From a virus, in IMG/VR virus record IMGVR_UViG_3300032242_002636, positions 43,455 to 107,454 of that record: 64,000 nt of DNA; one strand, given 5' to 3'. Shown piece by piece: positions 8,790-18,483 of this stretch. The notes beneath the pieces were generated by a model, which had not been told where the DNA came from, did no database searches, and saw nothing but the letters and a program-made list of their open reading frames with translations. The stretch's first letter is position 1. Every line of letters starts with the position of its first letter. The position numbers and the translations under genes were made by a program.

Positions 8790-9887
8790 TTATTCTTCTC
8801 TCTTAAATTTAAGCTCTGATTGGAGTTTTTCTTCTAGCTTTGGAAGAATCTTTGCCCAAGCAGCATCATCATCTTTCCAATCCTTGTAAAATCCAAGGAC
8901 TTCCTCACCGACAACATAACGATGACCTTGCTTTGTAATAACACCATATCCCTCTGCCATCTCAAGAAGACCAGAATACTTTGAAATTCCAGTTCGGAAG
9001 TTCAGATACATTTCAGCCTCAAGGAAAGGAGGAACAAAGCGATTCTTGGTAGTCAATGCCCTCATGGTAAGTCCATTAACATCCTTGGAGAGAGGAGTAG
9101 TTTCGTCTGAAGCATTCTTGTTGTCAGATTTTCCCACACGCTCTTGCTTGGTTGCCATCTGAACTAGCACAGAGGACATATACAGAGGTCCAGAACCACC
9201 AGACTGACTCTTTATTAGTGTAGGATAAAGAGCACCGGGATTGTCATATGTATGATTGGTAAAGACAACAGGGCAATTAGCTTTAGCAGCAGCATGAGTA
9301 ATTGCTCTAAGCATACTCTTGAGAGAGACTGCTCTTGCTCCCATGTCAGCAGAATCTTTACCGTCTTCAATAACCTTTGCCTCTCTTGCAGAAATAAGAT
9401 TACCAAGAGAGTCGATTGCAATCATCACCTTTCCCTGAAGTTTATTTTCAACAACAGTCTTTAAGAATTTAACAATCTGATTACGACACTCCTCAATAAT
9501 CTCAATAGGACAATGCTTAATCTTTGCAGGATCACAACCAAGACTCTCGGCAGTATCCTTGTCCAAAGCATTTTCTGTATCAAAGTAGACTACATGCATA
9601 CTTTTCTTCTGAGCATTAGCCATGATCTTATTAACCATGAGAGTCTTTCCGCAAGCCTGTGGACCTGCAAAACCAATAATTCTTCCCATAGGAATTCCAC
9701 CATAGAGAGAACCTGAAATAATTGCATTAAGAGCCATACAACCTGTATCAATCCACTCCTTAACGGTGGACAAGGTATTCTCATCCAAAAATTGAGCATC
9801 GGGATTAAGATCATCTAGGATCTTAAATGCATCTTTAATATCACCACTGAACTCTGTATCTTCTGTTTCGTTTTTCTTTTTAGCCAT
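8790..9887 (-). CDS. uvsX: RecA-like recombinase UvsX (start revised to MAKKK at 9887)
   Basis: DTGCMALNAIISG; GPQACGKT; YFDTENA; IDSLGNL; DMGARA; FTNHTY; SGGSG; KNRF. Confidence 0.95.
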   Translation of the reverse strand: MAKKKNETEDTEFSGDIKDAFKILDDLNPDAQFLDENTLSTVKEWIDTGCMALNAIISGSLYGGIPMGRIIGFAGPQACGKTLMVNKIMANAQKKSMHVVYFDTENALDKDTAESLGCDPAKIKHCPIEIIEECRNQIVKFLKTVVENKLQGKVMIAIDSLGNLISAREAKVIEDGKDSADMGARAVSLKSMLRAITHAAAKANCPVVFTNHTYDNPGALYPTLIKSQSGGSGPLYMSSVLVQMATKQERVGKSDNKNASDETTPLSKDVNGLTMRALTTKNRFVPPFLEAEMYLNFRTGISKYSGLLEMAEGYGVITKQGHRYVVGEEVLGFYKDWKDDDAAWAKILPKLEEKLQSELKFKREE

Positions 9888-9893
9888 ATCAAT

Positions 9894-9921
9894 ATAATAA
9901 CACAAAATCCACAAAAGTCAA
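9894..9921 (-). promoter_or_regulatory. sigma70-type promoter for uvsX
   Basis: TTGACT-N16-TATTAT with an extended -10 TG, 6 nt before ATG 9887. Confidence 0.6.
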
Positions 9922-9937
9922 AGACCTTTGTGGATTT
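9905..9937 (-). terminator. 15-bp stem-loop downstream of the 134-aa gene (terminator or operator)
   Basis: Minus-strand RNA AAAUCCACAAAGGUC-UUU-GACUUUUGUGGAUUU. The single DNA mismatch becomes a G-U pair only on this strand. Confidence 0.6.
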
Positions 9938-9970
9938 GTACTGGTTTCTTTTTTTGGATGCGATTACGAA

Positions 9971-10375
9971 TTACTCATCAAAAAGGTTTATGATAGCTGG
10001 ATTAGCTTGTGTTGCTCCAGCAGGTGTTACCTCACCAGCGGTGGGTGGTACAAAGATGTTGCTCTTGTTGAACATCTGATCATACTGAGCCTTCAGACGG
10101 AAATCAAAAGCCTCAATATCGGTCTCGGTGATGCTATTCTTCTTGAATGAGAAGATAACATCTCCACTCTTATCTGCTAAGAACTCACGGAAGAAGATAG
10201 GAAGAAGCTGAACTGACATTCTTCCACTCTGGTCTTGTGGTACTACATGGAGTACAACTGGATTCTTAACAGCCAAGACTGTTTCAGTGGTTTTACTTGC
10301 ATCCTTTTCGCCTACAATCGTTCTACCGACTGTATCAAGGAATGTTACTATGGTTGTTGTTTCTGTTTCGCTCAT
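9971..10375 (-). CDS. hypothetical small beta-rich protein (possibly Sm-like fold)
   Basis: GRTIVGE...VKNPVVLHVVP...VQLLP pattern resembles small conserved proteins of T4-like phages; has its own promoter and a downstream hairpin. Confidence 0.5.
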   Translation of the reverse strand: MSETETTTIVTFLDTVGRTIVGEKDASKTTETVLAVKNPVVLHVVPQDQSGRMSVQLLPIFFREFLADKSGDVIFSFKKNSITETDIEAFDFRLKAQYDQMFNKSNIFVPPTAGEVTPAGATQANPAIINLFDE

Positions 10376-10384
10376 ATGTTTTAT

Positions 10385-10412
10385 ATTTTACTACAAGTTA
10401 GTTATAAGTCAA
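10385..10412 (-). promoter_or_regulatory. sigma70-type promoter
   Basis: TTGACT-N16-TAAAAT, 9 nt before ATG 10375. Confidence 0.6.
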
Positions 10413-11058
10413 CTGACTTTTTCCAATTTAATGCTTCACTAGTATTAGGAAATATATCAATTAATATATCTTTAATAGCAATAGCAATCTCTCTATGTTC
10501 TAATTGAGTATCTTCGTTTGATCTAAGATCAACATAATGTGTCCAGCTTCTAAGGTTTCCTGTCATGTACATAGTTGTTTGTGTACAAAGAGGAAGAATC
10601 ATACGAGCACATTCTTTTGCTGCACCTTTCTTTATAAGTTTATCATACAATTCAGCACCAGTTACCAAATAATTTTTAAGATTTTCCAAATCATTATCAC
10701 TAAGATCCATTAAATCTGCACTGGATTGTCTGTTTTTATCTGCTTGCTTCCTTACTTGGAAAGATTCAAAGTCTGTAACCTCACTATATCTCTGACTAAA
10801 TTCTTGAAAGCAAAAACTTCTATGACGAAGAATCTGTGCAGCAATTGCTCTTGAGGTGACAATTTGAAACGTCAAAGAAACTTGTTCAAATGGCGACCAG
10901 TGCTTATGTTTTATAAGATAAGCAAGTAACTTTGGTGCTGTTTCGGTATTCATCTGATTAGATGGATTGGAAACTCTTGCTATGTAGCTTATAAGATCTT
11001 CAGGGGAAAGAATACCTTCGATTACTGGTTGAGTTAGACTTATTAATTTTACGTTCAT
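10402..11058 (-). CDS. thyX: FAD-dependent thymidylate synthase
   Basis: ThyX signature RHRSFCFQEFSQRY, plus HWSPFEQ, KECARMILP and TQLEHR. Confidence 0.97.
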   Translation of the reverse strand: MNVKLISLTQPVIEGILSPEDLISYIARVSNPSNQMNTETAPKLLAYLIKHKHWSPFEQVSLTFQIVTSRAIAAQILRHRSFCFQEFSQRYSEVTDFESFQVRKQADKNRQSSADLMDLSDNDLENLKNYLVTGAELYDKLIKKGAAKECARMILPLCTQTTMYMTGNLRSWTHYVDLRSNEDTQLEHREIAIAIKDILIDIFPNTSEALNWKKSVDL

Positions 11059-11064
11059 ACCAAT

Positions 11065-11092
11065 ATTATAAACTATTATGAGAATAAATCAA
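11065..11092 (-). promoter_or_regulatory. sigma70-type promoter for thyX
   Basis: TTGATT-N16-TATAAT, 6 nt before ATG. Confidence 0.6.
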
Positions 11093-13649
11093 TAAGATCA
11101 GTATGAACTTGCATGGTAACTTGAGGAAGATCCCATCCTATACAATCATATAATCTTTCAATCGGAGGAGTTACGCTTTTATTAAACATTTTTTCGTAAT
11201 CTATCGTGAAAACATCAGAAAGTTCTTTAGGAAATTCGTCTAAGAATGCCATTGAACTAAAATTAAAAGGATTTCTAGCAGGATAAAACCATTTTATTTT
11301 AATACCACTTCCAATAGACTCATATTTTGATGTTAAATCATAATGTTTCAACATTTCATTGAAATGAATGGCTCCTTTTGAATGTACAGGAGTTCCTTTT
11401 CCAATTTTTCCATCATCTCCAATCTTTCTTTCCTGTTTTCCTAGATCTGAAATGTTACTACGGAAAGAAATATCTTGAATAGGCATACTACAAAACTTGT
11501 CATATGCCTCTTTTAAGATTTTATTGGATGCTGACTTGTCTTGAGAAAGAATCGCAAGCTCAATAACATTTTTAATCAGGCTTTTTGTGGCTTCTGAGAA
11601 AGAAGAACGCACAACTTCAACACCTACATATTTAAATGGATTTTTAGGAACAACTCCTTCTGATTCCAGAACATGCATAATGTATCTCTTCTTTTCCATG
11701 AAGACCGCAACATCACAAACAGCTTCTTGTTTGAAAATAAATCTAGGATCTATGGATTTAAGATCAATCTTTGCCCAATCAATGATTTCTTTATTAAGAT
11801 AATTACCAATATCTTTAATAACCTTACGAGCTTCATCGGTTATCTTTCCGTTTTCCAATAATTTTATGTTTAGATGATTTAGAATAGGTTGGAAAGAGAA
11901 GTAAGCACTATCAGTATCACCATATTTGTAAATATCCTTCTTTTCACAAGACAATCCTTGGTTTAACGCATAGTTATATACGATTTCAGATGCTTGTTTA
12001 ACGACTGATTGACCAGTTAAGGTGATACTTGCGGCATGATCAATGTCATATAAAGGAGAATAACGCTGTCCAAAGACACCATAGATGGAGTTTAGAATGA
12101 GTTTATAGACGTTTTGGATGGTATCTAGGTCTAGAATCCTCTCTTCTATCTTTTCAAGCTGAGAGGGATCTTTAATTTTCTTAGATTCCTTCTTTAATTC
12201 GATCATTTTGTTCTTTGCATCAACACGTTCCGTATAAAGACGATCAATAAACTTAGGAACAACACCTTGAAACTTCTGTGTGTACAGAACATTATACTTT
12301 GAAACAGAAAGTTGTTCCTTTTTTACAAGTCTTTGGAACTTTTCTTCTTCTAAAGTAACTATTTTGTTGTTTGAAAGTCTTAATGTATAGTTTCCATCCT
12401 CTACAAGAGTGATTTTACCTATTTTTGTCTCTGGAGAGACGTTAAGGGAGATGATTGTGTTAGGATATAGACTGTTTGCATCATAACTAACGACTGCTTT
12501 ACTCAAACCACGCTCTGGTTCATGTACATATCCACCTACATAATCAGTTTCTCCTTCATCTAGCTTGAATGTAGGTATAATCATACCATCTTTTGATGCC
12601 TGATGAGCGATTGCACCAGTAATAAGTGACACTTTACCTAATGATTGCTCAAAAGGAATGAATCCTTTGTATGAAAGTGTACGAATTAGTTTGATATACT
12701 TGAGCTTTTCATCAAGTTTTACCAGCAATCTTACGTCTTGGATGTTGTAATCAACGAATTTTTTCCAATCAGTATCAGAAAGTGTTGATAAATTGGTTGC
12801 TCCGATATCAACCTTAGTCTCTCCAAGCTCATATTGACCAATATAACCCAATTTATATGACTCTCTATCACTCCTTGCAAAGGATTTATAGGCTTCCATG
12901 TAATCAATACAGCTTAATCCTCTGATATACCAGCGATTGATTACTTTTCCGAACTTATCTACACCAACATTCTCTCTATAAAAGATAGAATTAACAGGAG
13001 AAAGTCTTGCTGCATCCTCTGAACTGAGGACATTATGCAAACGAGTCATGATATATGGAATATCGAACCCACTTGAGTTCCATCCAACCAATATATCAGG
13101 TGGATCTGCTTCCCAAAACATCAAGAATCGTTGAATTAATTCTATCTCAGACTTACAATGAAAGTATTTTACATTAGAATCCGAAGGAGTATACGGCTTA
13201 AGTCCCCATGTATAGTAGGTATCATTAAGAGTATTGTAAATTGTGATGAGATTTATAGGATCTTCTGCTTTTTCTGGAACAGGAAATGATCCTGTTGAGT
13301 AGGTTTCGATATCGAAGAAGTAAACCTTAAGAGGAAACTGTCCAAAGTTTGGGTTATCTATCTCATCTTTGTATGTACTGAGAAGAAAGTCTTGGTCACA
13401 ACCTATGTTATGGAACAATCTCTTTATAGGAGTCTCGTTTACAAATTTATTCCTTTCAAATTGATTCTTGAAAGTCAGTTTTCTCAATGGAGTATTGAAA
13501 ATAGAGACTCCATCTGTTGCTTTGGGTGACTCTACAAACAGATGAGGCTCATAACTACTTTCAATCTTAATACGATTACCGTTTTCATCCCATGTCCAGA
13601 GATGAATTAACTGGTTTTTGCTATCGTAATATACATTTCTCCACGCCAT
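11076..13649 (-). CDS. 43: family B DNA polymerase (gp43-like)
   Basis: Exo motifs FDIET, GWNSSGFDIPY and YNIQDV; pol motifs YDANSLYP, KLILNSIYG, YGDTDS and KKRY; C-terminal clamp-binding-like DLIDLFS. No intein apparent. Confidence 0.97.
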   Translation of the reverse strand: MAWRNVYYDSKNQLIHLWTWDENGNRIKIESSYEPHLFVESPKATDGVSIFNTPLRKLTFKNQFERNKFVNETPIKRLFHNIGCDQDFLLSTYKDEIDNPNFGQFPLKVYFFDIETYSTGSFPVPEKAEDPINLITIYNTLNDTYYTWGLKPYTPSDSNVKYFHCKSEIELIQRFLMFWEADPPDILVGWNSSGFDIPYIMTRLHNVLSSEDAARLSPVNSIFYRENVGVDKFGKVINRWYIRGLSCIDYMEAYKSFARSDRESYKLGYIGQYELGETKVDIGATNLSTLSDTDWKKFVDYNIQDVRLLVKLDEKLKYIKLIRTLSYKGFIPFEQSLGKVSLITGAIAHQASKDGMIIPTFKLDEGETDYVGGYVHEPERGLSKAVVSYDANSLYPNTIISLNVSPETKIGKITLVEDGNYTLRLSNNKIVTLEEEKFQRLVKKEQLSVSKYNVLYTQKFQGVVPKFIDRLYTERVDAKNKMIELKKESKKIKDPSQLEKIEERILDLDTIQNVYKLILNSIYGVFGQRYSPLYDIDHAASITLTGQSVVKQASEIVYNYALNQGLSCEKKDIYKYGDTDSAYFSFQPILNHLNIKLLENGKITDEARKVIKDIGNYLNKEIIDWAKIDLKSIDPRFIFKQEAVCDVAVFMEKKRYIMHVLESEGVVPKNPFKYVGVEVVRSSFSEATKSLIKNVIELAILSQDKSASNKILKEAYDKFCSMPIQDISFRSNISDLGKQERKIGDDGKIGKGTPVHSKGAIHFNEMLKHYDLTSKYESIGSGIKIKWFYPARNPFNFSSMAFLDEFPKELSDVFTIDYEKMFNKSVTPPIERLYDCIGWDLPQVTMQVHTDLIDLFS

Positions 13650-13668
13650 AGAGAGTATTATACTCTCT
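13650..13668 (-). promoter_or_regulatory. 8-bp hairpin abutting the polymerase start codon
   Basis: AGAGAGTA-TAA-TACTCTCT-ATG; the loop is the upstream gene's stop codon. Confidence 0.5.
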
Positions 13669-13686
13669 GCTCTGGGTTATTTGCAA
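13657..13686 (-). promoter_or_regulatory. sigma70-type promoter for gene 43
   Basis: TTGCAA-N18-TATAAT, 7 nt before ATG. Confidence 0.45.
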
Positions 13687-14971
13687 CTAAAATCTTTGAT
13701 TTAGCGTTTCTTTCTTTAGATCCCCAAGCGGTTGTGTATATTGCTTCGTATTCATCCATATGATTTTCTAACCATAGACCTTCTGTAAAGGTTCTAGCCT
13801 TTCCAGACAGATCCATATAGCGATCAAAGTCAGAAGTAATATACTCTAACTGAGAAATTAGATCCTTACCATCCTTAAACGGACATTCTGCTCCCTCATA
13901 GGTGCAAAGATCCTGATAAGCACCGGGTAATCCGAATGCTCCTGCCTCAACCATCTTGATATTGCTCTTGGATTTGTTGAATACGTTATCAACGAGAGGT
14001 GCGAATACTGCATTGGCTCCTACATCGTGAATACTTTGTGGAAGATCCATTAAAGGAGACCAATCAATGTATTCCATTTCACCATTATCAATGAATGGTT
14101 TGACTGCAAGTGGGTAGCATCCCTTCCATACAAACTTAAATTTCTTACGAGCCTTGATAATTTCTTCTACTACATGAGAGAAATCATCTTTCATCCCTGT
14201 ACGATTGGTTACATCAATGTGTGTTCCAGATCCAGCATAAAGAATACGAGGACGCTTCTTATGTCTGTCATAGAGTTCTTCAACACGTTTCTTATCATAG
14301 AAACGATCAAGCCAAAACTTAGGAGGATAGTTAGGAATGACTGTAATATTTTTATTACCTGTCTTATTGATGTAGTAATCTTTCATGTACTGACAGGTGA
14401 CAGTTACTTCATCCATCATTCCCATGATTTCTAAGATACTTGAAATGATATCTTGGCTTACGAATGCATCTTTACATCTATTATAGTCAGGAATATCATC
14501 CTTGAAGACGATATCATCGACTTCATAAATCAAACGATATCCCATCTGAGGCTTTGCCTTTACCAATTCTTTAATGAATGCATTCTGTACAGGTGTTGCC
14601 TGTCTTTGCATTCTGATTGCACTAATTCCTTGATAGAATCTAAGATCCAAAACCATACAAGTAAGTCCTGAAATGACTGCCTTGTTATAACTATTTAAAC
14701 AAAATTCGGGCCAAATCATTCTCCAATATCCACAGCCACCGTAATCAGCATAGTAATTGATAGCTCTAGGAAGGCTCATCTCTGGCATATCAATAGGAGG
14801 AGGCTCTGGAAGTTTTACAGGATTTGCGGCTACATAACTGTAGCTAGGCATACCCAAAGGAAGATTATTAGGAGCATTTGGAATACCGCTCTTGGTTGGC
14901 TTGTATTCGTATACAATGCTCTTTGAAGTATCTACAGGAGCAGGAGTATTAGAACCTTTTATCTTAATCAT
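13658..14971 (-). CDS. GT-B fold glycosyltransferase-like protein
   Basis: GGCGYWRM; MQRQ; YEVDD; VIPNY; APLVDNVFNKSKSNIKMVEAGAFGLP (GT4-like C-terminal motif). Confidence 0.75.
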   Translation of the reverse strand: MIKIKGSNTPAPVDTSKSIVYEYKPTKSGIPNAPNNLPLGMPSYSYVAANPVKLPEPPPIDMPEMSLPRAINYYADYGGCGYWRMIWPEFCLNSYNKAVISGLTCMVLDLRFYQGISAIRMQRQATPVQNAFIKELVKAKPQMGYRLIYEVDDIVFKDDIPDYNRCKDAFVSQDIISSILEIMGMMDEVTVTCQYMKDYYINKTGNKNITVIPNYPPKFWLDRFYDKKRVEELYDRHKKRPRILYAGSGTHIDVTNRTGMKDDFSHVVEEIIKARKKFKFVWKGCYPLAVKPFIDNGEMEYIDWSPLMDLPQSIHDVGANAVFAPLVDNVFNKSKSNIKMVEAGAFGLPGAYQDLCTYEGAECPFKDGKDLISQLEYITSDFDRYMDLSGKARTFTEGLWLENHMDEYEAIYTTAWGSKERNAKSKILVANNPEQRV

Positions 14972-14979
14972 ATTATTTT

Positions 14980-15008
14980 ATATTAACAAATGGTGTGTTA
15001 TAAATCAA
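14980..15008 (-). promoter_or_regulatory. sigma70-type promoter
   Basis: TTGATT-N17-TAATAT, 8 nt before ATG 14971. Confidence 0.4.
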
Positions 15009-16816
15009 GGTGCTATGGAAGTTTTACCGTCTTTCTTCTCTAACTTAATAATTGCATCAAAGTTAGAATTAACAGCAGCCTTATTATGAGATATGATATA
15101 AACAGCCTCATCATATTTGTCGGTTCTTTCTCTTAAAATCTCAAGAATTTTGTTAACTCCCTTCTCATCTAAGGCAGAATCAAACAACTCATCATACATA
15201 CTCAGATTGAAAGCAACACCTGTCTGCATTCTTAGTATATCTTGGAACATAAAGAGGATAGCAATGTCTATTCTCTTTCTTTCACCACCACTAAAATTGA
15301 AATAGGAACATTCCTTGCCTTGTGTATTGTAGATTGTTTCTTCAAACATCTCATTGAATTCACATGTACAAGGAGCATCAAGAGTTTTTAGATAGAAATT
15401 AAGCTGTGCATTCAGTACAGAAAGCATTTTCTTGACGATAAAAGTTTTAACACCTTCTTCAGATACAACAAACTTTGCAGTTTCTAAAACCAAAAGATGT
15501 TTTTGCAAATCAGAAATGTTTTTTTCCAGATTCTCTATTTTCTTTTGAGCATCTTCTATCTTTTTATCATCTTTGAACTCTTCCTTTTCTATCTCTTCGA
15601 TGTTTTCTTGATACTCTTCTATTTTTTCCTCTAAGGATTTTATTTTCTGCTCATGTAAAGCAGAATTTGATATCTCATCCTTATAATCTTTGATCTCATC
15701 CTTAAGAGTTTCTATGTTATTGGTAATCTTTGAACCGAAAGCAGTTTTTTCAGATCCTATCTTCTTATTTTCATCATAGATGGGTTGGTTAATAGAAATT
15801 AACTCATCTAATTTTTTAATTTCACTTTCAATATACTGTAAATCATCTTCACAATACTGTCTGTTGCAAGTAGGGCATACATTTCCCTTATCTAATATCT
15901 TTTGCTTCTCTTTTTTAGCTTGGTTTATAGTATTATAAGCTTCGGATTTATTTTCTCCTATCTCTACTATTTCTCTGTTTGTTTCGATCAATAATTCTCT
16001 GAGCTTTTCAATCTTATCCTCATTATTCTTTATCTTTTCCTTTAAAGAAGAAATTTCAGGAATGTCTTTTTTTCTCAATGAGGCTAAATCATTTTTGGTA
16101 ACATCAATTTTCTTATTAATACTCTCTATTCTTTCTGATTTGTTCTCATCAAATCCTTCCTTACTGTTTTCTAAAAACTCTAGTATTCTTTGTTCTGAAG
16201 AAAAATCTTTGGATAGGAATTCGTTTTCCTTTTTCTTTTCATTGTAGTCTGCTCTTGTCTTTAAAAGCATCTCACCAAAGATTCCAAGATTTAAAATACC
16301 TTCAACAAACTTTCTCTTATCAATCTTTTTCTGTGCCATGAAGGGCATGGTATTATTTGCCGTCATGATCACAGCATTTTGAAATACTTCTTCGTTTGCT
16401 CCTATCAGTTGCTTGATATACTCATCAGTCTTCGGCATCGTAGAAAGAGAAATATCTTCTAAAGATAAGTCTCCATACTTCTCTAAGAGAAGTTTACTAG
16501 GCTCCAATGATCTAGTTAATTTATAAGATGTGGAAACCTTGCCGTCTTCAATAGCAAATTCCAAAACTACAACAGAACCTCCTTTGCTTTGGTTGTGTAC
16601 TATCTTGTCCTTTTTAATATCTCTGATAGTAGAACCAAACAAAGCCCAATAAATTGACTCTATAAGAGAGCTTTTACCAACACCATTCCTGCCACCATTG
16701 TCTTTATTCTCTCCAGTTATCAGAGAGATTCCCTTCTTAAAATCTAAAGAGACTTCTTCTTTTCCTATAGATAGGAAATTCTTGATTGAAATACTATTAA
16801 ACTTAATTTTTTTCAC
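15005..16816 (-). CDS. 46: recombination endonuclease ATPase subunit (gp46/SbcC/Rad50)
   Basis: KNFLSIG; Walker A NGVGKSS; coiled coil with CPTC zinc hook; FSGGEKKR signature; YDELFDSALD; ISH. Confidence 0.96.
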   Translation of the reverse strand: MKKIKFNSISIKNFLSIGKEEVSLDFKKGISLITGENKDNGGRNGVGKSSLIESIYWALFGSTIRDIKKDKIVHNQSKGGSVVVLEFAIEDGKVSTSYKLTRSLEPSKLLLEKYGDLSLEDISLSTMPKTDEYIKQLIGANEEVFQNAVIMTANNTMPFMAQKKIDKRKFVEGILNLGIFGEMLLKTRADYNEKKKENEFLSKDFSSEQRILEFLENSKEGFDENKSERIESINKKIDVTKNDLASLRKKDIPEISSLKEKIKNNEDKIEKLRELLIETNREIVEIGENKSEAYNTINQAKKEKQKILDKGNVCPTCNRQYCEDDLQYIESEIKKLDELISINQPIYDENKKIGSEKTAFGSKITNNIETLKDEIKDYKDEISNSALHEQKIKSLEEKIEEYQENIEEIEKEEFKDDKKIEDAQKKIENLEKNISDLQKHLLVLETAKFVVSEEGVKTFIVKKMLSVLNAQLNFYLKTLDAPCTCEFNEMFEETIYNTQGKECSYFNFSGGERKRIDIAILFMFQDILRMQTGVAFNLSMYDELFDSALDEKGVNKILEILRERTDKYDEAVYIISHNKAAVNSNFDAIIKLEKKDGKTSIAP

Positions 16817-16823
16817 TTTTATT

Positions 16824-16851
16824 AGTATATACTAAAATAAAGTAATTTCAA
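16824..16851 (-). promoter_or_regulatory. sigma70-type promoter for gene 46
   Basis: TTGAAA-N16-TATACT, 7 nt before GTG. A 14-bp palindrome TTAGTATATACTAA (16822-16835) covers the -10. Confidence 0.6.
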
Positions 16852-17591
16852 CCTGATAGTATATCTTTATTATTCCAATAAAATTTCTCATTAGGATATG
16901 AATTAATTGTTTTAAATTCTAATTTTCTAGGTTCTCCAAACATTCCCTCTATTCCAGAATCGGTCTTAGAATATTTCTTATTGAATATAAAGTCTCTGTT
17001 ATATGCAGTATAGTGCATGATTCCTGTTTTAACACCACTTGGTTTACTTCCATCATGTGCATTAATAATCCCACTCATCATTGGTTTATGAACCTTCTTA
17101 CCTATCTCCTCTAGTCTCCAAAACATATCGGTATCTTCTTCTCCTATTCCTAATAATCTTTCTTCAAACCATCCTACCTTTTCTACTAATTTTCTATTAA
17201 TAAAATAATGCGACCAAGAACCATTTATGGCAAATGCTTCTGTATCTTTATGGTTATCTGCTATGTTAGATAAAGATTCAAAAGAAAAATTCCTATCTAT
17301 AATAACATCATCATTTAGGATTAAATTCCAATCTTTAGGGCTATTTATTAGGATTGTATTCCATAATTTAGCCAAGCTCCTGAATTCAGGAAACATAGAA
17401 ACTATGCAATTAGGAGTTTCACTTGCTAGTTTCAATATTTTTTTCCTATAGTCTTCATCAATAGGTTGATTGTACTCTCCGTTAACAGCAAGTATTATAG
17501 TCCAATTACCTCTTTCTCTTATAGAAGATATTAGATTTTTAACTCTTTCAAATCTGGCTTTAAAGGTTGTTATTCCTATTGCAAAACTCAT
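16848..17591 (-). CDS. GT-A (GT2-like) glycosyltransferase
   Basis: IGITTF; LAKLWN; LILNDDV; VGWFEERLLGIGEEDTD. Confidence 0.8.
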   Translation of the reverse strand: MSFAIGITTFKARFERVKNLISSIRERGNWTIILAVNGEYNQPIDEDYRKKILKLASETPNCIVSMFPEFRSLAKLWNTILINSPKDWNLILNDDVIIDRNFSFESLSNIADNHKDTEAFAINGSWSHYFINRKLVEKVGWFEERLLGIGEEDTDMFWRLEEIGKKVHKPMMSGIINAHDGSKPSGVKTGIMHYTAYNRDFIFNKKYSKTDSGIEGMFGEPRKLEFKTINSYPNEKFYWNNKDILSG

Positions 17592-18483
17592 AAAACTTAT
17601 TTAGCACAGCATCGAATCTTTGGATTGATGTATGATTGTTTAAAACATTTTGATAGCCATTATTTGCTATTCTTTCTCTTTCTTTATCGTTCTTGGAATA
17701 GAAGTTTATTTTTTCTATGGCATCTTCCATGCTATCGTAAAAAACAATATCCTCTCCATCGGTAAAGAGCGTGTCTAATCCTCTTTCAAAAGGAAGTCTG
17801 TCTGTCATCACCATTCTTTTACAATACATTCCTTCAAATATTCTTCTGGAAACTTCTCCGTATCTACTATTTTGAATTACAATTTTTCCTGTGCTAAGAA
17901 GATCTCTCTGTAGAATATTAAAGTCTCTTTTATTAGAGAATCTATTGCCTATTCTTGATTTAAGCTCATCTAGAAATGGTGTGTCTCCGTCTCCTCGTGT
18001 GCTTACGACATCATATGTTGGTTTGATATCAGGATTTTCTGAACCTTCTAATGCATCTGCAAAGTGTGTCCAGTAAATTGCATCTATATCTCTCTTTTTA
18101 TACTCCTGTAATGAAACCAAATCAGGAGTCAGAACAAGATCAAAGTTCCATGCCTTATTAGAATTGTTACCAAAGCACTGAGGATCGTCTCCAGCTTCCA
18201 TTACGGTATAGATGTCTGGAAAGTATTGCCTATCAAGTAAGGGATGATTAAAAGCTCCATAATCCATATGGAAGATTATGTCTGGTTTATATTGACCACT
18301 TTGTATATGTTGGTATAAAGCAGTCAATCCAGATATTGAATACTGTTTATTCCTGTCATATAAAGAATATATACGACCTTTTATATTTCTTCTCTTGGAT
18401 TCATTAACTATGGAGAGGGGAGTAGACCATCTCTCATCAGGCATCCATGCAAAAAGAAAAGCTATGTTAAGATTATTTTCCAT
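17560..18483 (-). CDS. GT-B glycosyltransferase (CgeB/Glyco_trans_1_2-like)
   Basis: GDDPQ; SRRIFEGMYC; LFTDGEDIVFY; RERIANNGYQNVLNNHT. Confidence 0.85.
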   Translation of the reverse strand: MENNLNIAFLFAWMPDERWSTPLSIVNESKRRNIKGRIYSLYDRNKQYSISGLTALYQHIQSGQYKPDIIFHMDYGAFNHPLLDRQYFPDIYTVMEAGDDPQCFGNNSNKAWNFDLVLTPDLVSLQEYKKRDIDAIYWTHFADALEGSENPDIKPTYDVVSTRGDGDTPFLDELKSRIGNRFSNKRDFNILQRDLLSTGKIVIQNSRYGEVSRRIFEGMYCKRMVMTDRLPFERGLDTLFTDGEDIVFYDSMEDAIEKINFYSKNDKERERIANNGYQNVLNNHTSIQRFDAVLNKFYEFCNRNNNL

